This document shows positions 63,876 through 64,000 of a DNA stretch of 64,000 nucleotides, in pieces (position 1 is the first letter of the stretch; each line of letters begins with the position of its first letter). This DNA is from Octopus vulgaris (taxonomy: Eukaryota): assembly GCA_951406725.2 (NCBI GenBank), contig OX597815.1, forward strand, positions 158,782,001 through 158,846,000. Direction: 5' to 3'. A program made the translations under genes and the position numbers. Below the pieces are notes generated by a model, which was given only the letters and a program-made list of their open reading frames with translations, made no database searches and was not told where the DNA came from.

Positions 63876-64000
63876 CAGGTGTGGCTTTGTGGTAAGAAGC
63901 TTGCTTTTCAACCACATGGTTTCACATTCGGTCCCACTGCGCGGCACTTTGGGCTATTGCCTTTTACTATAGCTTCGGGCCGACCAAAGCTTTGTGAGTG
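63876..64000 (+). mobile_element. Family A SINE head, cut by the window end
   Basis: GTGTGGCTTTGTGGTAAGAAGCTTGC...CACTTTGGGC...GGGCCGACCAAAGC. Confidence 0.8.

Overview
This is AT-rich eukaryotic DNA dominated by repeats, with one 100-N assembly gap (15682-15781) and no recognisable host protein-coding gene. The SINE families and microsatellite load look like an octopus/coleoid cephalopod genome; this is an inference. Contents: three tRNA-type SINE families, a CR1/L2-group LINE with a long RT ORF, RTE fragments, RLE-type (R4/Dong-like) LINE fragments beside microsatellites, Penelope-like fragments, a decayed mariner, several MITEs and a decayed Ty3/Gypsy element. The standout is 48772-57183: five head-to-tail ~1.68 kb copies of an element that encodes only an ORF1/Gag-like CCHC zinc-knuckle protein and no RT. 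The array sits in the putative Gypsy 3' LTR and is punctuated by six copies of a 19-bp motif. Each unit ends in the same 3' tail as the abundant family-B SINE. The first copy differs from its sisters by about 76 clustered A>G changes (hand count) with an ADAR-like neighbour bias, suggesting an A-to-I hyper-edited RNA that was reverse-transcribed into the genome.
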